DNA of 64,000 bases from a bacterium (GTDB lineage Bacteria; UBA8248). Positions 38,454-47,752 of this stretch are shown here, one piece after another. The stretch spans positions 4,128,001 to 4,192,000 of the forward strand of contig OZ242260.1 in NCBI GenBank assembly GCA_965207065.1. The letters run 5' to 3'. The notes beneath the pieces are model-generated. The model was given only the letters and a program-made list of their open reading frames with translations. It ran no database searches and was not told the DNA's origin. A program made the position numbers and the translations under genes. Each line of letters begins with the position of its first letter. Position 1 is the first letter of the stretch.

Positions 38454-39599
38454 ATGAAATACGACGTAATCACTCTTGATACAAACATATTTCGTGACAA
38501 GGGATGGAATCTTGAAGGGGGCATATTAGGGCAGTTGGCACAATTCAAGGAAGGGCCAGTCCAATTCGTCTTATCAGAAATAGTTGTCAGAGAAATCTAC
38601 AAATACCTCAAGATTGAGGCAAAAAATGCTCATGAGGCTATCGACAAAGCAAACCGAGAATCCCGGAAGAATGGTTTGTTTAGCCCTGAAATTTCAGAAC
38701 AGTTAGACAGTTTATCCAAAACGGCTCTCACGGCTGATAATGCTGCGAAACAACGCCTCCAATCATTTGCTGACATGACAGGCATGGGATGGATACCAGC
38801 AGAAAAGGCCGAAATAAAGGACCTCATTTTGCGTTATTTTAAGCCTTCCGCCCCTTTCGAAACATCAGGCAATAAAAAGAATGAATTCCCAGATGCCATC
38901 GCCCTTCTATCCTTGGAGAAATTCGCGGAGTCAGAGCAAAAAAATATACTGGCAATTTCCAAAGATACCGGATGGGTCAATTTTGCAAAAAGTTCAAAGT
39001 GGATCGAAATTGAAGAAGATATCGCAGAGGCGCTTCAGATATTGCAACAGCACAGAGAAGAAGCCATGATGATAATAGCTTCGTTGCTATCAGAGATGAG
39101 CAAAGGCAACCAATCCAACCTTTTCAAAGAAATCAGTGACGCCATGAGTGTGGCAGTTAATGATATGACTGTATATCCTGAAGCAAGTTCGGCATTCCCC
39201 ATTCAACCAGACTGGGCGTTCATGTCTTTCCAAGATTTTATATTTATCGAATTTGAAGAGGAGTACGATTTTACAGTTGTGCAAATCGGCAATGCCAAAA
39301 TTGTTGCTCTAGTTGCTGTTACTATTCAGGCTAAGGCCGAGTGTGAATTTACATTTTCGAATTGGGATTCTACTGACAAAGAATACTTTCCAATAGGAAG
39401 CACCTGTGCAGAGACCGATGTAGAATTCGATGCTGTTGCTCTCATTACATTTGAGGGCAACTTCTCACCCGACAAACTAAGAGTTAAATTGTCGAATTTG
39501 GAACTGGTAGAAACGATTGACACTGTAGATTTCGGCTTAGTGGAAATCGACTATAGCGACAATGTGTACGATGATGACTATTCGAAAAACATATTCTAA
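38454..39599 (+). CDS. PIN-domain protein (DUF4935-like)
   Basis: ITLDTNIF, EIVVRE, KKNEFPDAIAL and ISKDTGW acidic PIN motifs; AT-rich gene. Confidence 0.8.
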   Translation: MKYDVITLDTNIFRDKGWNLEGGILGQLAQFKEGPVQFVLSEIVVREIYKYLKIEAKNAHEAIDKANRESRKNGLFSPEISEQLDSLSKTALTADNAAKQRLQSFADMTGMGWIPAEKAEIKDLILRYFKPSAPFETSGNKKNEFPDAIALLSLEKFAESEQKNILAISKDTGWVNFAKSSKWIEIEEDIAEALQILQQHREEAMMIIASLLSEMSKGNQSNLFKEISDAMSVAVNDMTVYPEASSAFPIQPDWAFMSFQDFIFIEFEEEYDFTVVQIGNAKIVALVAVTIQAKAECEFTFSNWDSTDKEYFPIGSTCAETDVEFDAVALITFEGNFSPDKLRVKLSNLELVETIDTVDFGLVEIDYSDNVYDDDYSKNIF

Positions 39600-39872
39600 A
39601 TATAATCCTGTCTTGAAGCCCGATTCTTCTATGCTACTGTAATGCTAACTGTGGTCTCAGCAATATGATGCTACGTGAGGCAGTGATAAACTTTCTGGAC
39701 CATTCTCAATTATCGTTTCTAGAGTGCTTTCCTGGTCGTGAAAATTACTAACCATTCTATCCACGCCATCTCTTCTCAGTTTAATGCTATCATTCTAAGC
39801 GAATTCTTTGCGACTTGGAGGGGTATGCCTGCATCGACAATTTTAGAAATTTTATCACGGAGATAATACCTC

Positions 39873-40469
39873 ATGATGGATACGCTTACTACTTATTTGC
39901 CTACTTTCCTTGCAAGTGGTACTAGCGTAGCTCTTGTGTCATTGGGACTAGAATACTGGAGACACGGGCGTTCCCGAAAAGATCGCGTTCGCCACTTGGC
40001 ACTTAGGATAGTATTTTCCCTAGAAGGATATGCGATTGAATGTGGCGAGAAGCTAAGTGACCACAAGCTGGCTATGGACCATGACGGTAATGCTGGCAAA
40101 TATATGAGCAATGTACCGCAACCTCCGTCATTTCCCGACAGTCTCGACTATGCACTCATGAAATCCGAAATCTTGGAAGCGATCCTTGACTTTCCGCAAC
40201 GGTGCCAAATGGCTGACCGGGAGCCTGCATTTTGGTGGGATGTCATCGCTGACATTGATTGCGTGCGCAATGCGGCCTCAGAAAATACAGTCAAAATGGG
40301 AGCGCGCGCAATTCAACTCGCACAGTGTATTCGCAAGGAATACAAACTACCGGAGAGAAACCTTACCTTCGGAAAATGGGACATTGTTGAGTTCTTTGAA
40401 ATTGAAATTAGCCGAATTTCTGAGTTGGATTCCAGACGTGCTGCAACTGTACCAAATACGTCGAACTAA
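39873..40469 (+). CDS. Hypothetical protein with N-terminal hydrophobic segment
   Basis: 198-aa AT-rich ORF with GGAG RBS; no recognised family. Confidence 0.65.
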   Translation: MMDTLTTYLPTFLASGTSVALVSLGLEYWRHGRSRKDRVRHLALRIVFSLEGYAIECGEKLSDHKLAMDHDGNAGKYMSNVPQPPSFPDSLDYALMKSEILEAILDFPQRCQMADREPAFWWDVIADIDCVRNAASENTVKMGARAIQLAQCIRKEYKLPERNLTFGKWDIVEFFEIEISRISELDSRRAATVPNTSN

Positions 40470-40529
40470 TCACTTCTCAACGCTACAAAACTCAGAACGT
40501 GCAAATTGAGCTAGAGGGAACGAAGAAGG

Positions 40530-40553
40530 GTAGGTAATACCCGTGGTACCTAC
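40530..40553. repeat. GTAG-type REP-like palindrome
   Basis: GTAGGTA-10nt-TACCTAC at the right edge of the AT-rich islet. Confidence 0.4.
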
Positions 40554-40620
40554 GCAAATCCCATCCCCCGTTTCATGCTATAATCCGGCGCTAACCCATC
40601 ACACAGAGGGAGGATGCCTC

Positions 40621-40935
40621 ATGGCCGTTACCGCAGTAGTCCGCTTCCCGTTTCCCGATGTTAAAACCGAGGAGGAGTTGATCGCGTCTTTCGAGAGTTC
40701 CTCGGCCCTTTACCGCGACGTACCGGGCCTCTTGCGCAAATACTATCTGATGTCCGAAGACCGCAGGTCAGGCGGCGGGGTCTATATCTTCGAGACGCGC
40801 GCCGACGCCGAGCGGGTCCACGACGAGGTGTGGCGCGCCAGGCTGATCGAACGCATGGGAGTCGAACCCGACGTCCAGTACTTCGACTCGCCCGTCATCG
40901 TCGACAACGAAGCCAGGGCCGCCACCACGGCATAA
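40621..40935 (+). CDS. YdhR-like monooxygenase family protein (copy 1)
   Basis: VPGLLRKYY...GGGVYIFE...SPVIVDN motifs. Confidence 0.8.
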   Translation: MAVTAVVRFPFPDVKTEEELIASFESSSALYRDVPGLLRKYYLMSEDRRSGGGVYIFETRADAERVHDEVWRARLIERMGVEPDVQYFDSPVIVDNEARAATTA

Positions 40936-40946
40936 GGAGGACGTTC

Positions 40947-41264
40947 ATGGCCGTCACCGCAATCGTTCGCTTCACGCTTCCCGAGGGAAAGACCCAAGAG
41001 GAGATGGCCGCGGCCTTCGAGCACTCGGCCCCACTCTACCGCGACGTGCCGGGTCTGGTGCGAAAATACTACCTGGTGTCGGACGACGTGCGCACCGGCG
41101 GCGGGGTCTACCTGTTCGAGTCGCGCGAGGACGCCGAGCGGCTCTATGACGACGCCTGGCGCGCCGGGATACGCGAGCGCCTGGGAGTCGAGCCCACGAT
41201 CGAATACTTCACCTCGCCCGTCATCGTCGACAACGAAGTCGGAGCGATTTCGACAGCGTCCTAG
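40947..41264 (+). CDS. YdhR-like monooxygenase family protein (copy 2)
   Basis: VPGLVRKYY...GGGVYLFE...SPVIVDN; AAGGAGG RBS. Confidence 0.8.
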   Translation: MAVTAIVRFTLPEGKTQEEMAAAFEHSAPLYRDVPGLVRKYYLVSDDVRTGGGVYLFESREDAERLYDDAWRAGIRERLGVEPTIEYFTSPVIVDNEVGAISTAS

Positions 41265-41364
41265 CGTCTCGGCGATTCGCGCTCTTTTCCTAGCTCGCCC
41301 AGGGGAGGAGATACGTTCGTTCACGTTCCATTGATGGAATGTCCAATTAAAGCCGGGAGGTAGT

Positions 41365-41976
41365 ATGTTCCGGGCCAATGTGCTGACGCTCTACCTCGTC
41401 TTCCTGGTGTTTGCCGTGGGCGGGAGAATCGCGCTTCACTACCTGGCCACCGGAGATCACGGTATACGGACGGTGAAGCCAAGCGCTTCCAGGATAGCCA
41501 AAAGCGCAAGTTTCCTGCTGCTCACCTCATTCATTGCGACGTTCGCTCTCTCAATCCTCGATGCGATTGGAACGGTTCAGCCGCAAGTCGATCTCGGCGA
41601 GTCCGCGAACACGATCGGCGCGAGTATCTCGCTGGCCGGAATCGCGCTCATGGTCGTCTCGCAATACCAGATGGGAGTTTCGTGGAGATTCGGCGTCGAT
41701 CAAGACGAGAAAACCGATTTGGTGATGAGGGGCCTCTACTCGCTCGCAAGGAATCCGATCTATAGCGGCGTGTTCCTGTTCTACATCGGCCTGCTGGTGT
41801 TGCTACCCCACATATTGATGCTGTTATTTATCACCATGACTTGTTTAAGCATCGAGATGCAGGTGCGCTTCGTCGAGGAGCCGCACCTTCGTGACTTACA
41901 CGGCGCTGCTTACGAGAAATACGCCGAGCAGACGGGGCGTTATTTCCCGAGATTCCTTCGCAACTCCGGACGATAG
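41365..41976 (+). CDS. Isoprenylcysteine carboxyl methyltransferase family membrane protein
   Basis: MGVSWRFG, GLYSLARNPIY and EEPHL...YEKY motifs. Confidence 0.85.
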   Translation: MFRANVLTLYLVFLVFAVGGRIALHYLATGDHGIRTVKPSASRIAKSASFLLLTSFIATFALSILDAIGTVQPQVDLGESANTIGASISLAGIALMVVSQYQMGVSWRFGVDQDEKTDLVMRGLYSLARNPIYSGVFLFYIGLLVLLPHILMLLFITMTCLSIEMQVRFVEEPHLRDLHGAAYEKYAEQTGRYFPRFLRNSGR

Positions 41977-41985
41977 GGGAATATT

Positions 41986-42801
41986 TCAGCCCACGAGGGC
42001 TTCGAGACGCGCGTAGATATCAGGAGGAAGCGCGCCGCCGCCCGATGCCGCCGCGTTCTCGTTCATGCGGCCCGCCCTTCCAGTGGCGGGAATGACGCTG
42101 GAGACGCGCTCATCCGCGAGAAGGTATTTCAGGAGCGCCTGACCCGGTGTTCCTGAATGGAGTGCTTTCAGTTCCGGCATACGGGCGATACTGCCCCCGG
42201 GGCCAAGCAAGCCGCTCCTCAAGTGACTGAAAGGCCGCATGACGATCACGCCCAGGTTCATCTCCTGCGCCAGGGGCAGTACCTCCTCGCGGCACTGCAC
42301 CTCGCCCAGATAGTAGGGAATCTGGATCGCGTCGTAGGCGTCCGTCTTCATGGCCTCGATGAGTTCGGGGAAATTATCGGGTCTTCTGTCCGTGACTCCC
42401 AGATGGCGGATTCTGCCCTCTTTTTGATACGCCTGCATAACCGGCGTCACCTCGCGCCAGCCCGCCATGTTGTGAATCTGCAAAAGATCGATAACGTCCG
42501 TGCGAAGCCGTTTGAAGGAGCGCTCGATGCTCGCGCGGGCCGCCGATGCGCTCGACTCCCACACCTTGGTCGCCAGGACGATTTTGTCTCTGCTACCTTC
42601 CAGCGCCTCTCCCAGCACCCGCTCGGATTCCCCGTATATCGGCGCGGTGTCGAAGAAATTGATCCCGCAATCCAGGCATTCTCGGACGATCTCGACGCAC
42701 CGGGCGGGTTCGCTGCTCGCCATGTGCATGAAATTGTGCGAAGTGCCGAGGCCGATCTCGCTCACTTCAAGGCCGGTCCTGCCGAGACGGCGATGGTTCA
42801 T
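41986..42801 (-). CDS. Aldo/keto reductase
   Basis: LGRTGLEVSEIGLG, FDTAPIYG, LATK and IDLLQIH motifs. Confidence 0.9.
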   Translation of the reverse strand: MNHRRLGRTGLEVSEIGLGTSHNFMHMASSEPARCVEIVRECLDCGINFFDTAPIYGESERVLGEALEGSRDKIVLATKVWESSASAARASIERSFKRLRTDVIDLLQIHNMAGWREVTPVMQAYQKEGRIRHLGVTDRRPDNFPELIEAMKTDAYDAIQIPYYLGEVQCREEVLPLAQEMNLGVIVMRPFSHLRSGLLGPGGSIARMPELKALHSGTPGQALLKYLLADERVSSVIPATGRAGRMNENAAASGGGALPPDIYARLEALVG

Positions 42802-42996
42802 GTTTTACTCCAGGTGATTAACTCGAGCGGCACATTGATGTTTCCTATCCCCGTCCTAACCCAGTACCCAGAAAGCACACAAAGGCGAAATCCTCGACTT
42901 ACAAGCCCCCAATCACGCGTGGATTTTCTGGTGAGGATATCGCCAGGAGAAAAAATCAATAACCTAAGCTTTATCTTCAATCACCTATATAATCCC

Positions 42997-44292
42997 CTAG
43001 TCATCTTCGAAATCGAAATCAGCTTCAGAAAGACCCCTCAATATTTCCCAAACAGCCAGAAAATTGTCGTGTGCTAGATAACCGAATTTTGGCAAATCAT
43101 CACTAAAGTAGATATGATCCATACCCAAATTGTAACAATGCTCCATGTATTCTGAGAAAAGATAGCGCAGCAGACCACATACTCGCGTGCACATATTGTG
43201 ACAAGTGACGCTCTCAAGCATACTTTCTTTGAATCCGCGCCAGTTGGGGAGGCTAATCTCGGGGCTTATTTTGTTTCCGCTTCTATTTTCAAAGAATTCT
43301 TCGAATGCTTTCTGTACGATCCGAATTGCTTGTCCCTGAAACGACGAATACAGATTGTAAAACCAATCTTCTTTTTCATCGAGTTGGTCAGTAAGGGCTT
43401 GAAGAGCACTCAGACGCGATTCTTCGGAAGCACCATAGACTTCCCCTTCATGAATATCCGCATGGAAAAGGCTGAATGGATTGAGTAGACACAAAATAAT
43501 AGTATTTGGATGTGGAAAAAGCGGACAAAGCTCATTCCAGTATTGGCGAGCGTAGACGAAGCCATGAAGGCCGAGAGCCTCCACTTTTTGTGCAATGATT
43601 CCCGTCATAATTTGAAAGGCGTCCTGAGTATAGTCAGGCGGGGTTCCGTCGCCGACCTCTCCTGCATCAATCCATCCATCAATGAGGGGGAAAGAGGCCG
43701 TTACAACCGTGAATGCTTCGTCACCAACGATGGTGTTTTCAATCCAGCGGTAATATAAGTCCCCCGGATAAAACGGCGACAATGAAACAGCGCCTCCATC
43801 TATTGTTGGTGTCAAAGCCAGAATGTTCTTATGGTTTATGATAAGTTCTTGCGCCAAGGCATCTCTGATACTTCTTCCCGTCATCGGAGCTACTAAAATT
43901 GATGATAGGCTTGACTCAGATAAAGATGGAAAAAGTGTGCAAAAGTGATTGGCATAAGAAAGAAGTTGAGTAAAAGCTTGGCGTTCCGTCTGGGTTGATT
44001 TTTTGAGTTCAATGATCACAAGACCACCGTCTTCTTCATAGTGACCTAGGAGATCGATCCTTGTTGTCGTATCCCCATCGCGCACCAGACATATCTCTTT
44101 TCCGTCCAGTGACAGTAACTCCAGACGTTTTACAAAGTTACAAATTCGCTTTTCAGTTCTTATGCGCAAAAGGTCTGATATCCTTAGAAACTCATCAGTT
44201 TTGAAGGGAGCAGGATTTTGGTGTTCAATCAATTTATAAATGTTGTTTTTGTAGTTCTTGAATAAAAAATCTCTCAGATCATTCTCTTTCAT
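42997..44292 (-). CDS. Hypothetical protein with N-terminal PD-(D/E)XK (NucS-like) endonuclease motif
   Basis: MKENDLRDFL start, RIDLLG...VIIELKK...QLLSY; AT-rich gene. Confidence 0.65.
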   Translation of the reverse strand: MKENDLRDFLFKNYKNNIYKLIEHQNPAPFKTDEFLRISDLLRIRTEKRICNFVKRLELLSLDGKEICLVRDGDTTTRIDLLGHYEEDGGLVIIELKKSTQTERQAFTQLLSYANHFCTLFPSLSESSLSSILVAPMTGRSIRDALAQELIINHKNILALTPTIDGGAVSLSPFYPGDLYYRWIENTIVGDEAFTVVTASFPLIDGWIDAGEVGDGTPPDYTQDAFQIMTGIIAQKVEALGLHGFVYARQYWNELCPLFPHPNTIILCLLNPFSLFHADIHEGEVYGASEESRLSALQALTDQLDEKEDWFYNLYSSFQGQAIRIVQKAFEEFFENRSGNKISPEISLPNWRGFKESMLESVTCHNMCTRVCGLLRYLFSEYMEHCYNLGMDHIYFSDDLPKFGYLAHDNFLAVWEILRGLSEADFDFEDD

Positions 44293-44322
44293 TCCTTCTC
44301 CTTGGCCAACATTCCCTTCTTT

Positions 44323-45009
44323 TCAACCCCCCGATACTCTCGCCAGAATCTCGCGGTAGCCCTCATACACCGCCTCCCCGTAGGCAGGCGGGGCGTGGAC
44401 CTCGGTGAGCTTCCCGCCCTCTATCGTCTTATCCGAAGCGTACGGGTTGAAGACGGCTTCCCCGCCCGGGAAAATGAGGGTGGGGCTGGTCATCGGCATG
44501 TCCTCTTCGTCCCTCAGGCGCATGGCTTCTCTGTAGTCATCCATCACGCCCTCCTCGTATGCGCCCGATTCCAGGTCTGCGCGCACTTTGGAGCCATCGA
44601 GACCCGCTTCTCCCGCCATCTCGCAAAGAACCGCGTCCTCATCCACGCGTTTTCCCTCGTAGAAGAAACCGCGCCTGATCGCGAGATCGTAGACGCGCGC
44701 CTTTTCGGGGTCCTGCGCGTATGCGCTCGCGTAGGCCTGAAAGGCGCGGATGGTTGTCCTCAGGTATTCCTCGTGCGGCCAGCTTCTGCACGGCGAGAGC
44801 GGCTCCTGAACCGCTATCAGGGGCCATTCCTGATCCACGATGTAGCGCGGCGCCGGGCGGTCGTTGATGACCTCCAGCGGAAATGCGCGCCATTTGAGAT
44901 GCAGTTTGTCCTCGAACTCGGGCATCACCTTGTCCAGCCGCGCCGCGGCCATATACGCCCAGGGTCAGTGGTATTCGTGAAAAATCTCGACAACCGCCGT
45001 ATCCGCCAT
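44323..45009 (-). CDS. Putative DsbA-family selenoprotein (UPWA), Sec15 from TGA 44965-44967
   Basis: GAGGG RBS then MADTAVVEIFHEYH-TGA-PWAYM in frame with the 44323..44952 ORF; WRAFPLE and SPTLIF motifs. Confidence 0.8.
44935..44951 (-). promoter_or_regulatory. SECIS-like hairpin
   Basis: TGGCCGC-GGC-GCGGCTG begins 13 nt after the UGA. Confidence 0.5.
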
Positions 45010-45185
45010 CTCATGCCCTCACTCGCAAGAAGTCTTATGATGAAATCAGGACGGGAAGCATTCTCTCCCCTCCCCGATGATTTACACCCCGGATTCATCG
45101 AGGGCAAGTTGTTTCCCAACCACCTCTGCCTCATGCGCTCGATAAAAGCTGTGGTATCATGCCGAAAATCATGGAGACCGCCGGA

Positions 45186-45602
45186 ATGAACCCTGAGGAT
45201 CAGCTACTCGCCACCATACTCGCAGGCGCCGAGACCATCGCCGTGATCGGTCTATCGGTCGACCCCTCGCGCACGAGCCACCGAATCGCCTCGTATATGC
45301 AGGAGGCGGGTTACCGGGTCATCCCGATAAATCCCGGAATCGAATCCGCCCTCGGCGAGAAGGCCTATCCCAGCCTGGGCGAAGTCACCGAGCGCATCGA
45401 CATCGTGAACGTCTTCCGGCGTTCCGAGGAGATACCCGCTCTTGTGGATGACGCCATCGAGAAGCGCCCGCGCGTCTTCTGGATGCAAAAGGGCATCGCC
45501 CATCCCGGCTCCGCGCGCCGCCTGGAGGATGCGGGCATCACGATGATTCAGAACCTCTGCATCAAGACCGCCCACCGGGAACTCACGCAAACCCCTCGAT
45601 GA
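45186..45602 (+). CDS. CoA-binding protein (YccU-like)
   Basis: IAVIGLS, GYRVIPINP, DIVNVFRRSE and FWMQKGI motifs; start uncertain (45159-45186). Confidence 0.85.
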   Translation: MNPEDQLLATILAGAETIAVIGLSVDPSRTSHRIASYMQEAGYRVIPINPGIESALGEKAYPSLGEVTERIDIVNVFRRSEEIPALVDDAIEKRPRVFWMQKGIAHPGSARRLEDAGITMIQNLCIKTAHRELTQTPR

Positions 45603-45663
45603 GAATGGGCCGCTGCGAATCTCGCAAAAATTCCATCGCTACCTGCTCCTCGGCGCAGGCGCT

Positions 45664-46446
45664 TTGTTGGTCGTGGGAATGTTTGGATTTTTAGAGAATT
45701 TCCTGCTCTATCATCCCTACCGGGAAATCGAGGTCACGCCCAAAACCTATCGAATCGCGTATGAGGACGTCTCCTTCAACGCAGAAGACGGCGTGCGCCT
45801 GCACGGCTGGTACGTCGCGCCCAAAGACCCGGACGGTCCGGTGCTCCTGTGGACGCACGGCAACGCGGGCAACCTCTCCCACCGCGCGGAGAACATCGCG
45901 CTCATCCAGAAAGAACTGGGAGCGGGCGTCTTTATCTTCGACTACAGAGGATACGGGCAAAGCGAGGGACGACCGAGCGAGGAGGGCTTATACGCAGACG
46001 GCAGAGCCGCGTACGCGTGGCTCATCGAGCGCGTGCCGCACGAGCGCATCTTCTTGTTCGGGCGCTCCCTGGGCGCGGCCGTGGTGGTGAAGCTCGCCGT
46101 GGAAGGAAAGAAAGCGCGCGGCCTGATTCTCGAGAGCCCCTTCGAGAGCACCCTCGCCATGGGCAAGAAGATGTTCCCCTTCCTGCCGGTGGGGTGGCTC
46201 ATCTCCGCAAAATTCGACAGCGCGGCCATGATACCCAAAGTGAAGACCCCCCTATTCGTCCTGCATGGGGATAAGGACGGAATCGTCCCCTACGCGCAGG
46301 GGCTACGGCTCTTCGAGGCGGCGGGCTCAAAACACAAGCGGTTTTTCACCATCAAGGGAGCGGGCCACAACGACACGTATTACACCGGGGGCGCGCCCTA
46401 CTGGGCGGCGTGGCGGGAATTTCTGGGAAATCCCGAGTCAAGGTGA
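45664..46446 (+). CDS. Alpha/beta hydrolase (ABHD13-like)
   Basis: HGNAGN, DYRGYGQS, GRSLG, HGDKD and GAGHND motifs; true start may be a few codons upstream. Confidence 0.85.
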   Translation: MLVVGMFGFLENFLLYHPYREIEVTPKTYRIAYEDVSFNAEDGVRLHGWYVAPKDPDGPVLLWTHGNAGNLSHRAENIALIQKELGAGVFIFDYRGYGQSEGRPSEEGLYADGRAAYAWLIERVPHERIFLFGRSLGAAVVVKLAVEGKKARGLILESPFESTLAMGKKMFPFLPVGWLISAKFDSAAMIPKVKTPLFVLHGDKDGIVPYAQGLRLFEAAGSKHKRFFTIKGAGHNDTYYTGGAPYWAAWREFLGNPESR

Positions 46447-47244
46447 ATCGGGAGTCGGACCCGTCTTCCTGGCCCTGCGCCTCGATCGAAACTCCTGCAG
46501 CAGCCTTTCATGATGCACGCTCGTGAAGAAATTCTCGACGAACGAGTTCACCGGATGGTTGATGAGGTTCTCCGGCGTATCGACCTGGACGATCACGCCA
46601 TCACGCATCACGGCGATTCGGTCGGCGATCTGAAACGCATCCGTCAAATCGTGCGTCACCAGCAGGCTGATCGCCCCGATCTCGTCGTGCACACGTCTCA
46701 ATTCTTTTCTGACCTCGAGCCTCGCGACCGGATCGATGTTCGCCAGAGGCTCATCGAGAAGAAAAACCTGCGGGGGGATGGCGATGGCGCGGCCGATGGC
46801 GACTTTTTGCTGCTGGCCCGCGCTCAGGCTGTCCGGACTGCGGCGGGACCATTTTTTGCTGATCCCCAAACGCCGCATCACGTCCTGGGCGCGCTCGTTC
46901 AGGATGCCCGGCAACCAGCGGCGGATTTTGAGCGCGAAGCTCAGGTTCGAGTATTTCTTCTCGTCAAAAACCTTCATGTGCGGCCAGAGGGCGTAGCTCT
47001 GGAACACGAGCTGCACCCCGCGCCTTCCGGGCGGGATGCCGTTCAGCCGAACGCCATCGAGGTAGATATGGCCCGCATCTTCATCCTCCACGCCGGCGAT
47101 GAGGCGTAAGAGCGTCGATTTCCCGCAGCCCGTGGGACCGACGAGCACCATGAACTCCCTGTCCTCGAGCGCCAGGGAAAGGTTGTCGACCGCGCACACG
47201 TCGTCGAAATCTTTCTTGAGTCCCGTAACAGTCAGACGGCTCAT
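46438..47244 (-). CDS. ABC transporter ATP-binding protein (MalK/PotA-like)
   Basis: Walker A GPTGCGKS, signature LSAGQQQ, LLDEP, VTHD. Confidence 0.9.
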   Translation of the reverse strand: MSRLTVTGLKKDFDDVCAVDNLSLALEDREFMVLVGPTGCGKSTLLRLIAGVEDEDAGHIYLDGVRLNGIPPGRRGVQLVFQSYALWPHMKVFDEKKYSNLSFALKIRRWLPGILNERAQDVMRRLGISKKWSRRSPDSLSAGQQQKVAIGRAIAIPPQVFLLDEPLANIDPVARLEVRKELRRVHDEIGAISLLVTHDLTDAFQIADRIAVMRDGVIVQVDTPENLINHPVNSFVENFFTSVHHERLLQEFRSRRRARKTGPTPDSP

Positions 47245-47261
47245 GCCTCTCTCCGGTTCTT

Positions 47262-47618
47262 TCAGTCCTTCGGCGCGAGTTCGTTCAGCTTCTCGACGCC
47301 CGGCGTGAAGATTTCCTCCAGCACGAGCGGCCCATCGCCCGCGTTTCGCGTGGAGTGCTCCTGGTTCGGCGGAAAAACCACGACGCCGCCCGGCCCGAGC
47401 TCCACCTCTTTCCCACCGCACGTGAACCTAGCCCGTCCCTCCAGAACGATCGTCATCTGCTCGTTGGGATGCGAATGGGGGTTGTACATGTCCACGCCGG
47501 CGCGAATCGTCTGGCGAAGCACGGTCAGGCGCTCGCCCGCCACCACTCTCTGGATCCGCTCGCCGGTATCGTGCGCTGCCATCTCTTCGAAATGATAGTG
47601 TTTCACGCTCTTCTCCAC
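47262..47618 (-). CDS. Cupin domain protein
   Basis: PHSHPNEQ...FPPNQEH motifs. Confidence 0.85.
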   Translation of the reverse strand: MEKSVKHYHFEEMAAHDTGERIQRVVAGERLTVLRQTIRAGVDMYNPHSHPNEQMTIVLEGRARFTCGGKEVELGPGGVVVFPPNQEHSTRNAGDGPLVLEEIFTPGVEKLNELAPKD

Positions 47619-47752
47619 CTGAATGGATGAAACTTTACGAAAAATTTAAGCTCCGCTGCGGGAACCGCCTGATTCATCGTATAAAAGTATTTGCATCGGC
47701 TCAAACCTTCTCCTAAAGTGTACGAAGGCCGTCTTTTTACGAGGAGACCACC

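Noticed and set aside
38360-40530. Integron cassette array
   Set aside because: No attC-like RYYYAAC...GTTRRRY structures after the genes and no integron integrase
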